Shown here: in pieces, positions 1 through 12,000 of the stretch
How positions within the stretch are numbered: position 1 is the stretch's first letter
How the letters are laid out: every line of letters begins with the position of its first letter
Assembly: GCA_964016885.1 (NCBI GenBank)
Contig: OZ024747.1
Location: forward strand, 87,854,001 to 87,918,000
DNA length: 64,000 nucleotides
Direction of reading: 5' to 3'
From: Eledone cirrhosa
Taxonomy: Eukaryota
The notes under the pieces: model-generated
What the model saw: only the letters and a program-made list of their open reading frames with translations
What the model was told of the DNA's origin: nothing
The model's database searches: none
Translations under genes and position numbers: made by a program

Positions 1-864
1 TTCATGATAGAACCCTTATTGAAACACTCAAGAGACTCCTATGAAATGCTTCATAAGAAACCGGCTAAACCTGCATGCATGTGAGCTGTAAATTCCATTC
101 CATTCTATTCCATTCCAATGGAAACTGTGAGCCAATCAAACAAACTATTCTTGAGCCTGAAACTGATCCCAGTTCTATAAAACACCCTTTATTTAAAGTG
201 TTCGTATTTATATTTAAACTTCCCATTAGAGTTTCATGTAAGAAAATTTAAGTTATGCTCTAACACCAGCTTAATAATGAAAGCTATATAACTAAATCCC
301 TCTGAATCATTGATTGCTAATAATTTTCAAATAATTTTGAAAATCTTTCATTAAAGATATGATTATGAAAATATATGAACTGGTAAGTCAAGGGTAAATG
401 TGTATTTGTGTATATACCTTGCAACGTTATATATCTTACACATAGACCAGCATCCGAACATTTGTTACAATTGTGTACAAGTATATACATATAAACACAA
501 ATTATACATACGCACACATACACTCGTACTCACACAAGTGTAGCTAACCTTGGAACGCTCATTGCTATGTTTCTCTATCCGCTTCGTTACATAGATGTAG
601 GTAATAATTTTTTATAATGCCTGTTTACGAATGTGTGTAGATGTGTGTGTTTGTACTTCTATTGTTTGTGTATTTATATGTAGATCTGTGTATGTATCTA
701 AAGCATATACACATGAATGAATGGATGAAACACCTAAAAAATTATAATATATTCTCCTATACTATATAATAAATTTTCCATTTTGTATAATACGCAATAT
801 TTCTACAAGGTATCGCTATTTCATAGAAATACTAAGAATTTTCATCACAATTTTCTATTTCCAG

Positions 865-963
865 GATTTCGCACTTGGGATGTGGAAGCCGCTGGTGTTG
901 ACATAAATGAGGAAGTCTCTCAAATTGCCAATAAAGGCGCTTTGGGTGAAGAAGGTCCCTATG
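865..963 (+). CDS. futsch: MAP1/futsch-family gene, internal coding exon (upstream exons lie outside the window)
   Basis: Acceptor ttccag|GA at 863-864 and donor TATG|gttagt at 964; phase 1-1. Encodes (G)FRTWDVEAAGVDINEEVSQIANKGALGEEGPYG, resembling the MAP1/Futsch N-terminal segment, and joins in frame to GT-GAA-AGA at 9098. Confidence 0.85.
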
Positions 964-2704
964 GTTAGTATTAAAAAATTTCTTATGTCTAAAATCTTCT
1001 GTCTCGTGAGGAATTCCATTTCCACTTGAACTTTTGAATTGTTATTGCTTTCTTTTTCTTTTCTTTGCTTTTCAACTAAATTTAGTTGAAAATTTCAATT
1101 GATTGTTGTAAACTCATTTTAGAATATATTAACTTTGTATAACTGAAAACTAGTTGGGCTTTCATTGTGTACCACTAAGAAATGTTTTAACTTTATTAAC
1201 AATTAGAAACCAGACATTTTGATAAGAAATCTAATCAGTTCTTAGCTTATATATTTCTTATATATATATATATTTTTTATTTTCTAAACATTTCTAAATT
1301 ATAACCAAAAGCTTTTTGATTGCCATTACTTATACCTTGCTTGATTAACTGAACTATCTACTTATTATTAGCATGTATATGACTAAGTATTCTACAAACA
1401 TAATCTTCAGCATGACACATTGTATGGCAAGGGCAGCTTTTCAATTACAAGTACAATCTGACAGGCTTCTGCATCTCAGTTTCGTACATAAGGCTTGGCA
1501 CAACCTGAAGCTATGGTAAATCAAATTGATTTAAACTTGTGTTATTTGTAACATTGTAGACTGCTTTGAGGATAGTTTTCAATGTAGACAGAAAGTATAA
1601 TATTGGAATTAGTCTGTTGGAGTCAGTCATGATGACATGGGTTCAATTCCTGGACTGGAGACGTTATGTTCTTGAGCAAGACGCTTCATTTCACATTGAA
1701 AAAAAAGCAGCTGGGGTTTAAACCTTAAAACAGACTGGCATCTCATCTAAGGAGCAGTCTTTTCATGATAGGACTGAGAACTTTATTAAAACACTTGAGA
1801 AATTTCCTATTAGCTATATCCTTGTAGGAGGCCTGCTAAACTTAGTGAGCTATAACAAATTTAGTGTAGTTTACCTAAATATAATGGAACAAAATTTTCA
1901 AGTCTCTTCATAAAAATGCTCAGTTTAATACTCATGCTTTTAAATTAAACCCTTATTGACTTAATACTTACTGACATGGTACCTTTCTCAGATTGGTTGA
2001 TATTTTCAAATGTAATCCAACTTAAGAAAAAAACAAGTAGAATACTTTTTTATTTTCCTTCCTTGACAGTCAACTCTTTTGGACCCCCTAATGCAGGTAA
2101 GCTTAGCTGGATATTATATTATTGTATATTGCATGCTGCCAGTAGGTCTGTTTTTTTCTTTATTTTTAACTTTTCACTCTCTTGTCATATCTTTCACTTT
2201 TCTCTCTCCCTATTCTGTAGCTGATTTAGATATCTTCCTCTTTGTATTCCCACCAGTTCATGTCAGTATTGCAAGTGATTCTTGCATACTGACAGGTAAA
2301 ATAAACACAAGGCTGTTGAAATGTTAATTTCACTTCATTCTTTCATTCCTTAGACTGAAGACATCCAAAATGGTGTCTTTCAGTTTTAGACTTTACCATT
2401 GGTTACTACACTGCCTATGATATTCAAATCATTTTGAAAAATAATCAAGAATTTCGACAAATTTAGGAATGTAACTAACTTTCTCATTAAGTTGTTTGGA
2501 ACATTCTATTCACAATTACTTTGTTTTGGCAGCAAAATAAAATTCGCTAGAGCAAATTGTTATTGCCTGGAATTTGTTATGGGTGAATTGAAAGACCCAG
2601 TTTTTACTGGTACTACAATAATAATTGTTTCTACTTTTGGCACAGTGTATTACTGGTACTTTATTTTATCGACCCCATAAGGATGAAAGGCAAAGTTAAC
2701 CTAC

Positions 2705-2900
2705 AATAATAATAATAATAATTGTTTCTACTTTAGGCACAAGGCTAGCAATTACCCAGTGCATTACTGGTACTTTATTTTATCGACCCCGTAAGGATGA
2801 AAGGCAAAGTCAACTTCGGCGGGATTTGAACTCAGATCGTAAAGGGATGTAACTATGCTGGAAAGCATGGCGTCCGACCCTCTACCGATACTGCCAATCC
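2705..2900 (-). mobile_element. tRNA-derived SINE family 2, (ATT)n tail; partial tandem copy at 2595-2702
   Basis: A box TGGCAGTATCGG, B box GAGTTCAAATCC, conserved body gcctttcatccttacggggtcgataaaataaagtaccag. Confidence 0.85.
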
Positions 2901-3909
2901 ACATAATGGTTTTAATTTAGGCAACAAGACCAGCATTTTTAAGTGGGTTAAGTCGGTTATATCAATCCTGGTACTTAACTGAATAATTATTTGGAATTTT
3001 ATTAGACACATGTATCAGCATGTTCAAATTGTTTAAATCTTCCCATTTAAAATATTCCAAATCCACAAACCTACTATATAATATCGAGAACCATGGGTTA
3101 TATTCAAAGCTTCAGTCATTAATATATTTGCCATACTTTAAAATTGACCATCAATATTAAAGTGTTAAATCTAAATCTAGCAGCACAAAATCCTTGTGAA
3201 TGTTTATAGAAAAGATTGTCTGAGTTATGTTTGTAACACATTTATCATTGTTGATAACTAGGAATTATGAGACCCTTCTAAATGTTCTATAGTATTCCAA
3301 GCTTTCTTTGTAAAACATCAGTCAATGGGATTATAGATGGAACCAGCAACACACTCACACTCTCACTCTCTCTCTCTCTCTCGTTCTCTCTCTCTCTCTC
3401 TCGTTCTTTATGAAGTGATGTGAATAAATGATTGACAGCTGAGAACTTGCTAGAATTAAGTTTAGTTACATACTGCCATTAGTACTGACGAAAGAAAAAC
3501 TAAGAACATTGATTCCACCTGTCATCAAGATGTAAGGTCCATCTACCACTATGTATTTAATATAACAAAAGTAAAAGATGTTTTTGTGCATTGCTCAACC
3601 TCTTTCAAGCTCCCAAATTTACTACCAGGCTTTCTTAACTGTTGCTAAAGGATCTTGATGTAATTCAAATATCCACCATTTTTCACCTCAGATAGCTTTC
3701 TATGTAGTGTTCCTGTCAATAAAGCCATCACATTTACTGCTTTTCCTCTATTTTCAATTTGTGTGCTACACAAACAATGAAAACACCTTCCAAATTCACT
3801 TCACTTCTAGAACCTACCTTAGTTTCCAACTGTGGAAATATCTCAAACATCTCTCTAGTATTACTTCATTTTCACTTATGAACCAGTACCTATTCTCACT
3901 AAACACTTT

Positions 3910-4158
3910 AATCTCTCTTTCCTTTCTCTTTCTCTCTCTCTTTCCTCCTTTTTTCTCTTTCCTCCTTTTCTCTTTCCTCCTTTTCTCTCTCCTCCTTTTC
4001 TCGCTTTCCTCCTTTTCTCTCTTTCCTCCTTTTCTCTCTTTCCTCCTTTTCTCTCTTTCCTCCTTTTCTCTTTCCTTCTTTTCTCTTTCCTTCTTTTTTC
4101 TCTCTCTTTGTTTCTCTTTCTTTCTTTCTCCCTCCCCGTCTCTCTCCCCTCTCTTTCA
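3910..4158. repeat. ~250-bp polypyrimidine/polypurine tract in the futsch intron
   Basis: Almost exclusively C/T, with recurrent tttcctccttttctctc units. Confidence 0.92.
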
Positions 4159-6283
4159 TATATATGAGCAACCTATTATACTCCAATGCAGTGTCTTAAT
4201 CATATAAGCTCCTAAGTAAACATTGCTTTAATTATTGTGTATTCTGCTGAGCCAAATATACTGGAGATCAGCTTCCATGTATTACACACTAATGACCTCT
4301 TGAGTACTTGGGCAAAAGCAATTCTGTGGCTCTTGACATCAACAGAGCTATTGTCTATATCTAGCACAAGAACCTACTAGCAAAATTCCCTGCCTTTGGA
4401 CTCTACTTATTGCTTCCTTCCTGATGGAAATTTCCATTTAACTTACATTCCGTCAACTCTTGTGCTCTGTTGTTTCTGTTATTTTCTTCAGTCATCTTTC
4501 TCTACATCAAATATGTTCTAAACTAGCTGTTAATTTCAACCAGATGTATTCCTATGCAGATGTTATCTATTCACTTCAGATTTGTATTTACTTTCCTGAA
4601 TATCTTGCAATAGGGATATATCAAATTGATCTCCTTCAACAGTATAAAAACAGTCACTACTTACATCAAGGAAAGTATCTCTCAATGTTACACCCTTCCT
4701 ACTTATGAACATACAATTGCTACCAATGCATATCTCTTGTGGTGGCCACATACCTAATGACAATGTTAAAATTGCTCTGAACATCTGACCATATACAAAA
4801 CACTGTAAAGTGACTTTGTAGGAGTCACGACAAAAAGCACCCAGCACACACTGTAAATGTAGTTGGTATTAGGAAGGGCATCCAGCCATAGAAACCTAGC
4901 CAGAAACAGTTCTATATGAATAATACATGGTCACCTGACCCAACTTGCCTCAAATGGGACAACCCGTCTAACACATGCTAGCATGGAAAGTGGACATTAA
5001 ATGATGTCTATCACATATTAGAATACTGCTTACATATCTGGGAGGGGGCAACTTCTACACTCAAAACTCCTAAATTTCTAGGTTGCATCTAAAAGATGTC
5101 ATTCAACTACTTGCCCCCACTCAGGAATTTCAACAGTAACAGTGAAATTGTCAAACTTGCTAACATGCCTGCGATATTTAGTTACAGCTATTTGCATTCT
5201 AAGTTCAAATCATGCTAGGGTCAACTTTTCATTCTTCTATGGGCAATAAAATAAGATACCAGTCTAATACTGAGATTGATTTTATCAATTATACTCACCC
5301 CTTTAATTTGTGTATCTTGTCTAGAATAGATATGCAAAGAAAATGGGCAACAAAAAGGGTTGGCACCAAGAAGGGTACTTGTCTATAAAACCTCTAAAAA
5401 AGGACTTCATGATATATATGATGTCTTTCATGATAAAATTGCTTTAACTCTTTTATTACCATATTTCTAATAAAATAGCTGTTTTTGAATTACTGAAGAA
5501 TTTGGAGAGATTTACGAAAATTAGCAGTCAAATTTTACCCCAACCAACAAGGGAAACTGGTTACTTGTCATACTAGAATTAGCAGTCAAATCTCTCTCAA
5601 ATCATACTCTAGTCTTTTCTTTTTTTAATTAATGGGCATGTTAATAATGTGACCTTACATATACAAAGAGGATGGATATGGTTACAGCTAGAATTCCTTT
5701 CATCTTAAGTTTGCTCACAACTATACAACTTCTAAAGCATTGTTGATGATTTCTACTCAAGCCTAGCAGAATAAATTTCAAAGGAAGTTTAATCTGTTCA
5801 ATGATGATTTTTATCAGATGTCTACTTGATAGGTTCATGACTTTATCTAATCGTTTATTTATAAAAGTGAGCAATCACCTGAATAGAAAAGGCATTTGAG
5901 TGTAAATAATTATCTAATTAGGAATTGAAAGTGCCTAAAGTAATGATTTCCTATATTTTACAAGGCTTGCAAAAAAAATAAAGAGAAAATCATTACTTGT
6001 ATATATTTTTCTTTTCATCTGTCTGGGGTGAATAAATTGGATATGAGCCAATAAAATATGTACTGAGTGGGAGCAACTATACCTCTTTAAAGTGGTAACC
6101 CAGCATGACCAGAGTCTAATAACTTTGGACAGCAATAGAAAATAAAAAAAACACACACTTCAAGATTAACCTAGAACATATGAGAATATAAAAAATGGCT
6201 AAAAATGTAAGTGGGGTAAACACTCTAGTTGACATAGAACCAAATGTGAAAGAAATCTGCATTAATCATTCACAATTTCCTTA

Positions 6284-6713
6284 TTAATGCTTTAGCATTT
6301 ACATTGCTCTATATATACTATTGTATTTATTGTTTTCACAGTAAAGGTTTTACCTCACATAATATTGAATTTATGAGATTTTGATATTATTTTGAGAACA
6401 ATACCTTAACCCTTTAGCATTTAAACCGGTCATATCTGGCCAGAATTCTCTCACAGCGAGTTTGAACAGAAAGAGGTATCTGGCTGCTCATACTGATAAG
6501 GTATTGTACTCAAAATAAATAACATCAAAATCTCAGATTCGATATTATGAGAGATAAGTATGTAAGGTAAAGCTTTTACCATGAAAATATAATAGTAAAT
6601 ATAGAGTAATGTAAATGCTAAAGGGGTTAAAGTTGGTATGAGCGGCTGGTTTGAACAGAAAGAGGTGACAGAATTCTGGCTGGATATGGCCAGTTTGAAT
6701 GCTAATGGGTTAA
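6284..6713. mobile_element. piggyBac-like MITE (family 1) with an inverted copy of itself nested at 6406-6630
   Basis: TIR TTAA-CCCTTTAGCATTTA...TAAATGCTAAAGGG-TTAA; the inner copy is flanked by a duplicated TTAA. Confidence 0.88.
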
Positions 6714-6953
6714 GTCTAGTAGTGGATTAACATTGCAGTTCAAATATATTCAAATACTCTCAGCTATTGATAAAAATATTATTCCAGTTGACTAACCGAT
6801 TTATTCCCATGGTTCTTCATAAGACTCTACCTTTTAAGAGTACGATATTGACAAGACTTTTGAAGCCATTTTCTCTCCTGAAGCAGGAGTTACTCTTGAA
6901 GAGTATCACATCATCAAAAATTTGATATTCATAACCTGAAATTATTTTAAAGT

Positions 6954-7179
6954 TTAACCCTTTAGCATTTACATTACTTTATATTTACTATTATACTTTC
7001 AAAGTAAAGGCTTTACCTCACATTATTATCTTGGATAATATCGAATTTATGAGGTTTTAATATTTATTTTGAGAACAATACCGTAACATCAGTATGAGAG
7101 GCCGGTTACAGCCAGTTTGAACAGTAAGAGGTGAGAGAATTCTGGCCAAATACAGCCAGTTTAAATGCTAAAGGGTTAA
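6954..7179. mobile_element. piggyBac-like MITE family 1 (orientation A)
   Basis: Complete TIRs and TTAA on both sides. Confidence 0.9.
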
Positions 7180-9097
7180 TTCTTTTTTGTAAATATATTT
7201 CTGTATTCAAAAGCCTGAAACCTTTTTTTCGGTTATTTCAACATTTTAAGTAAACCAGAAATGCTTTCTAATTTAATTTTGCTTCTTTTATTTTCATCCC
7301 CATTATTTTTCCTCCTTTAAAAAGAAAAATAACAAATTTCTACAGCCATGTATATTTTGGTGCGTTTCGTGTAAATGTTGTCTTTCAAATAATTATGGAA
7401 ATATTTCTAAGATTTAAAAAAAAAAAAAAAAGAGCAAAAAAATAAAACCTGATATTGTTAAAACCTATCTGTTTACGTTATAAAATTGAACTTTGACATG
7501 TTGGGTATATTAACATCTTTAAAAGTATATAAGTTTTTTGTTGTTGAACTCGGCTATAAATTTGTTCTTAATTGCATTCTCCATAGGAAAATTGTAAGTG
7601 AATCAATTAGGTATAACTCTTAATATCCTGTAATGACTAAGCAGAAAATATCTAGAAATGGGTTTGTTCATTTTTACTAATGAACCTATCTTGGAAAATT
7701 TGCAGTAAACTTTAATTTTCGATGTGATGTAGCCATAGTGCAGTTATATACTTTTCATCAATGCTATTGTGGTTTTATGTGGTACAGGATGTTAAGAGTT
7801 GAAAAAAAGAAATGGCAATATATGGTTTTTGTGATTAGTTATTGTGGTTTATTATTATATTGGCAGTGTTGTTGAAATGACAGGTTATTATCATTGATGA
7901 TGAGAAAATTACAATTGTAAGCTATTGAGCAACTTCTCAGTCATGAAATTTACACCTCTAACATCATTACATACACTTGCAGAAGAACCACCCTCTTGGC
8001 AGTTTTCTGCTGGTATATGTAGTGTGCATATTGATATTATATGCAAATATATATGTATACGTAAATTGAAAACTAAATTGACAATATGCACATAAATTGA
8101 ACAAAGACTGATTCGCTTTATTCTGTAATCAGTAAAGTAATCCATGATATATTTAAAAAAAAAATTAAGATGGAACACTAACGGAAGTTGACATTTGAAA
8201 GTTTTAATAGAAGTAAATCTTGAAATAAGCAATACATATGTTTAATCAAGAGTTAAGAAATTTAGTAGATAAATTACATAATATTCATTCATGATTTATT
8301 CAAAGTAATCCAACTTATTTTAATAACGTGATGTAAAATAATAAACTGGACACAGTCTAGCAGTTCTCCAATCATGACATATAAGATTACCATGTCATAA
8401 TCCTTCAAAGTAGTTTTTGAAGTCTAATAGAACCTTATTGTTTGGTTTGTTATCCCTACCTAATTATTGCAGCTTTCTTTTGCTCTCGGTGGGTGGGAAC
8501 AGAATTTGTATACTCTCGGGTCCTAAATAATTAATTTTTCAGGGTTTTTTCCAGTCCTCCCTCCCTGCTTATTAAATTCTGCTAATCTATTTCTAGTAAA
8601 AATTTATTTTAAGTGGTAGCATCCCTGCAATTTTCTTTTAGACATTAAACAAACATATATGTCCCATATATAATACCAAATATTTCATTTAACTGTTTTG
8701 TTACCATACTTTCTCATGAAAGTCACTACTTATTATTTTAGAATTTTGCAAATAATGAAGAATTTGAAGGAATTTAATAATATAACTAACTTTTCGATTA
8801 TAAAGTTGGTGTTTGGAACTTAATTTTACAAAGGTTTTCACATAGAATTGTGATTGACAGTTTTTAAACACTTTTAAAACTAGCAGTTCAGTTTAGTATC
8901 AAAGGAGTTAAAAAAACGGGGGAAATGTATAAAATCATTATTTGTATTTTGTTAGATATATTGATCTTGAGTATGTTATGTTCATTTGTTTATAATTTTG
9001 TTCATGTAATGTGATTTTATTTGTAAATTTTTTTTTTTTTTTTTTAAATCTTTTATTTACTTAACTGTAATTTAAAAAAAATTTTTTTTTTTTGCAG

Positions 9098-12000
9098 GTG
9101 AAAGAGTGCTGCGCTATAGTTCTGCCACTTTGTCAGTAGAAGCTCTGATAGCACCTCAAACAACCACTGTGAAAAGGTCTTTGAAGAACTTCCTTGGAGC
9201 ACCTGTTAAGTACCATCACTTAATATATGCAGGCCATGTCTTGCATGGCTCTGGAGAATGGATTTTGCAAGATGCCCCCTTTTCCTTCAGCAACTTTGCC
9301 ACAACCCTGAAAGACCCTGATGTTGAGAATGCTTTGAAGCAGCAAGAAGAAGGAATATTAAACATTCATTGTTTTGCAACTGGAGAATGGAACAATGCAA
9401 ACCTGTCAAAGATTGGAAGCAAAGTACTTCAAATTAACTTGAACCCTGAGGATAAACTTTCTGACTTGACTGGTGTTTTGCAATTTAGCACTTACCTGTG
9501 CAACTATGTGAAATGTAGGTCACTAAAAGAAATGCTTCGGTCTTCTGATGTAGTTGGTAATATCAGATTCAGCAAACCAACCCTCTATGTATTCCCTGGT
9601 TGTCAAGGAGACTCTGCCTTGTTTGGAATTAGTGGCTTTAATCTATTAGTAAATGGTGGCTATAACAAAAAAGCCTGTTTCTGGGATTTTACTCGCCATC
9701 TTGACCGCATCGATGCACTCTTGCTCACGCATCTGGGTATTGACAACCTTTTTGGCATTAATTCAGTTTTACATCGTAAAAGCATTGAAAATGTACACCC
9801 AGAAATTGGTCATGTTTATTTCAATGCCCCCAAGGGTAACCGGAATTCTCAAGATGAATCAGAATTGGATGGAAAACCATCAGTGGACAGTTTACTGATA
9901 AATCTCTCTAATGAAGGAGATAAAATTACTGACTATGTGCGACAATTAGGACAAGTTGTCAATTCTTGTTCTCGGCCTGCAACTGCCCCTCAACTTGATC
10001 CAGTGAACCTTTACCACAAAGTAGGTCATGGATCTCTGGATATGTACATCATGAATCCTGTCCAAGACAGCAAGGAATTAAAGGAATTTTATCAGCAGTG
10101 GAGTAAACAATCAATCCAAGTGAATGCTTCGCAATTTCCACTCCCGAACATGTTGTCCATATGTGCACTTATTATTTGGCGACCAGCTGACCCATTAGAA
10201 AAAATTACTCGCATATTTTTCCCAGGGAATGCTCCTCAACACAAAATCATTGAAGGTCTTGAAAAAATGAAGACACTGAATGTGTTAAAGTTTCCGAAGT
10301 GCTGTGATAAAGATCTGAATGCTCCAAAAACTACTGTCAAGAAGTCTGCACCATTGAAAGCTACCAGGACTACTTCAAAACCATTGGCTAGCAAGAGTGA
10401 GCCTATTAAACGAGAATCTAGAGTAGAAGTGAAATCAAGGTCATCACTTACCAAAACTGCCACCAATAAGGGATTGAAAGATGACAACAATAAAAAAGCT
10501 AGCAAAGCAAAAGAAAAAGGTGATAAACCAAAATCAAGCAATGCTACTTCACCCAAAATATCGCCTCCTACTGAAGTGGCGCCTTCAGCTCAATCTCCTT
10601 TGGATGGTGTTCCTGCAATTCCTGAACCAGTTGCTCCTGTTGTCAAAGAATCCCCTCCTGATCTAGTGCAGAAAGATTCTAATCTACTCGTAGACTTTGG
10701 CAGTACACCTTCGGAACCACCTGTGCCCAGCCCAGCATCAGATCCCTTACTGGATCTAATTGGCCACCCTTCTATGAAAGCTGAATCTGAACAGTCAATG
10801 AATTTGAGCTCACCTTCTTTCATGAGCAACCAATCTCCTGAGCCTTTGCCAGACCCAAGTCATGTTGAGAGAGATACTACAGCAGAGCCAGAAGATGATC
10901 AACTTAGCAATAGATTAAATCTGAAACAAATGGAAGATATGGGTATTTATGATGATGTGTTAAGTCATACTCAACGTTCTGATGATGCAATTGAGGCTGA
11001 CAAGCTTGTATCTTCCAGTTCTGAAGACAAAGGATTTGATGAAATGGAGGAAGTTCAACCAGAGTCACTACCAGAACCAGATTTGGTTCTTGAAAGCCAG
11101 CCTATTCAATATGATGATTCAAGGCTTGGGTTTTCTGGAAGTGAATCAAAAACTCCATTCGAAAGTGAGATTACACCAGAAACAGCTGCCCTAGTTGAAA
11201 TGAGTCCTGAGAGGGAACCTTCTCCGCCATTGCCCATGGATTCTTGTATGTCAACATCTATGTATGGTAGTTTGTTGGAGCCATCCATGCCATCACAGGC
11301 TGAAGTTTTGCAGAATCTCCAAGATGACATTTCAGAAGAAAAAACTAAAGATGATTCCATCTCAGAAGATTGTTCTGAAATCAAAGAAAATCAGTTAATG
11401 CCTGAATGTGAAGAATTACCTGAGAAACCGCAAGATAATTTTGCATCTGATCAGCCAAGTTCTGATGCCTTCTCTCAAGGTTTTGAAAGTGAACATGTTG
11501 GACATGAAACTGCAGATTGTGAGGAAAAGCAACTTGATGGTGAATTGGATAGTCAATGCAGAGATACCAAGTCTCCTTCATTTGAGGGTCAACGTGCTGG
11601 TACCGAATCTCCTTCATTTGAGGGTCAACGTGCTGGTACCGAATCTCCTTCATTTGAGGGTCAGCATACAGGTACCGAGTCTCCTTCATTTGAGGGTCAA
11701 CGTGCTGGTACCGAATCTCCTTCATTTGAGGGCCAACGTGCTGGTACCGAGTCTCCTTCATTTGAGGGTCAACGTGCTGGTACCGAGTCTCCTTCATTTG
11801 AGGGTCAACGTGCTGGTACCGAGTCTCCTTCATTTGAGGGTCAACGTGCTGGTACCGAGTCTCCTTCATTTGAGGGTCAACGTGCTGGTACCGAGTCTCC
11901 TTCACTTGAGGGTCAACGTGCAGGTACCGAGTCTCCTTCACTTGAGGGTCAACGTGCTGGTACCGAGTCTCCTTCACTTGAGGGTCAACGTGCTGGTACC

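Noticed and set aside
3707-4207. 166-aa F/L/S-rich and 92-aa E/K/R-rich ORFs
   Set aside because: Translations of the polypyrimidine tract.
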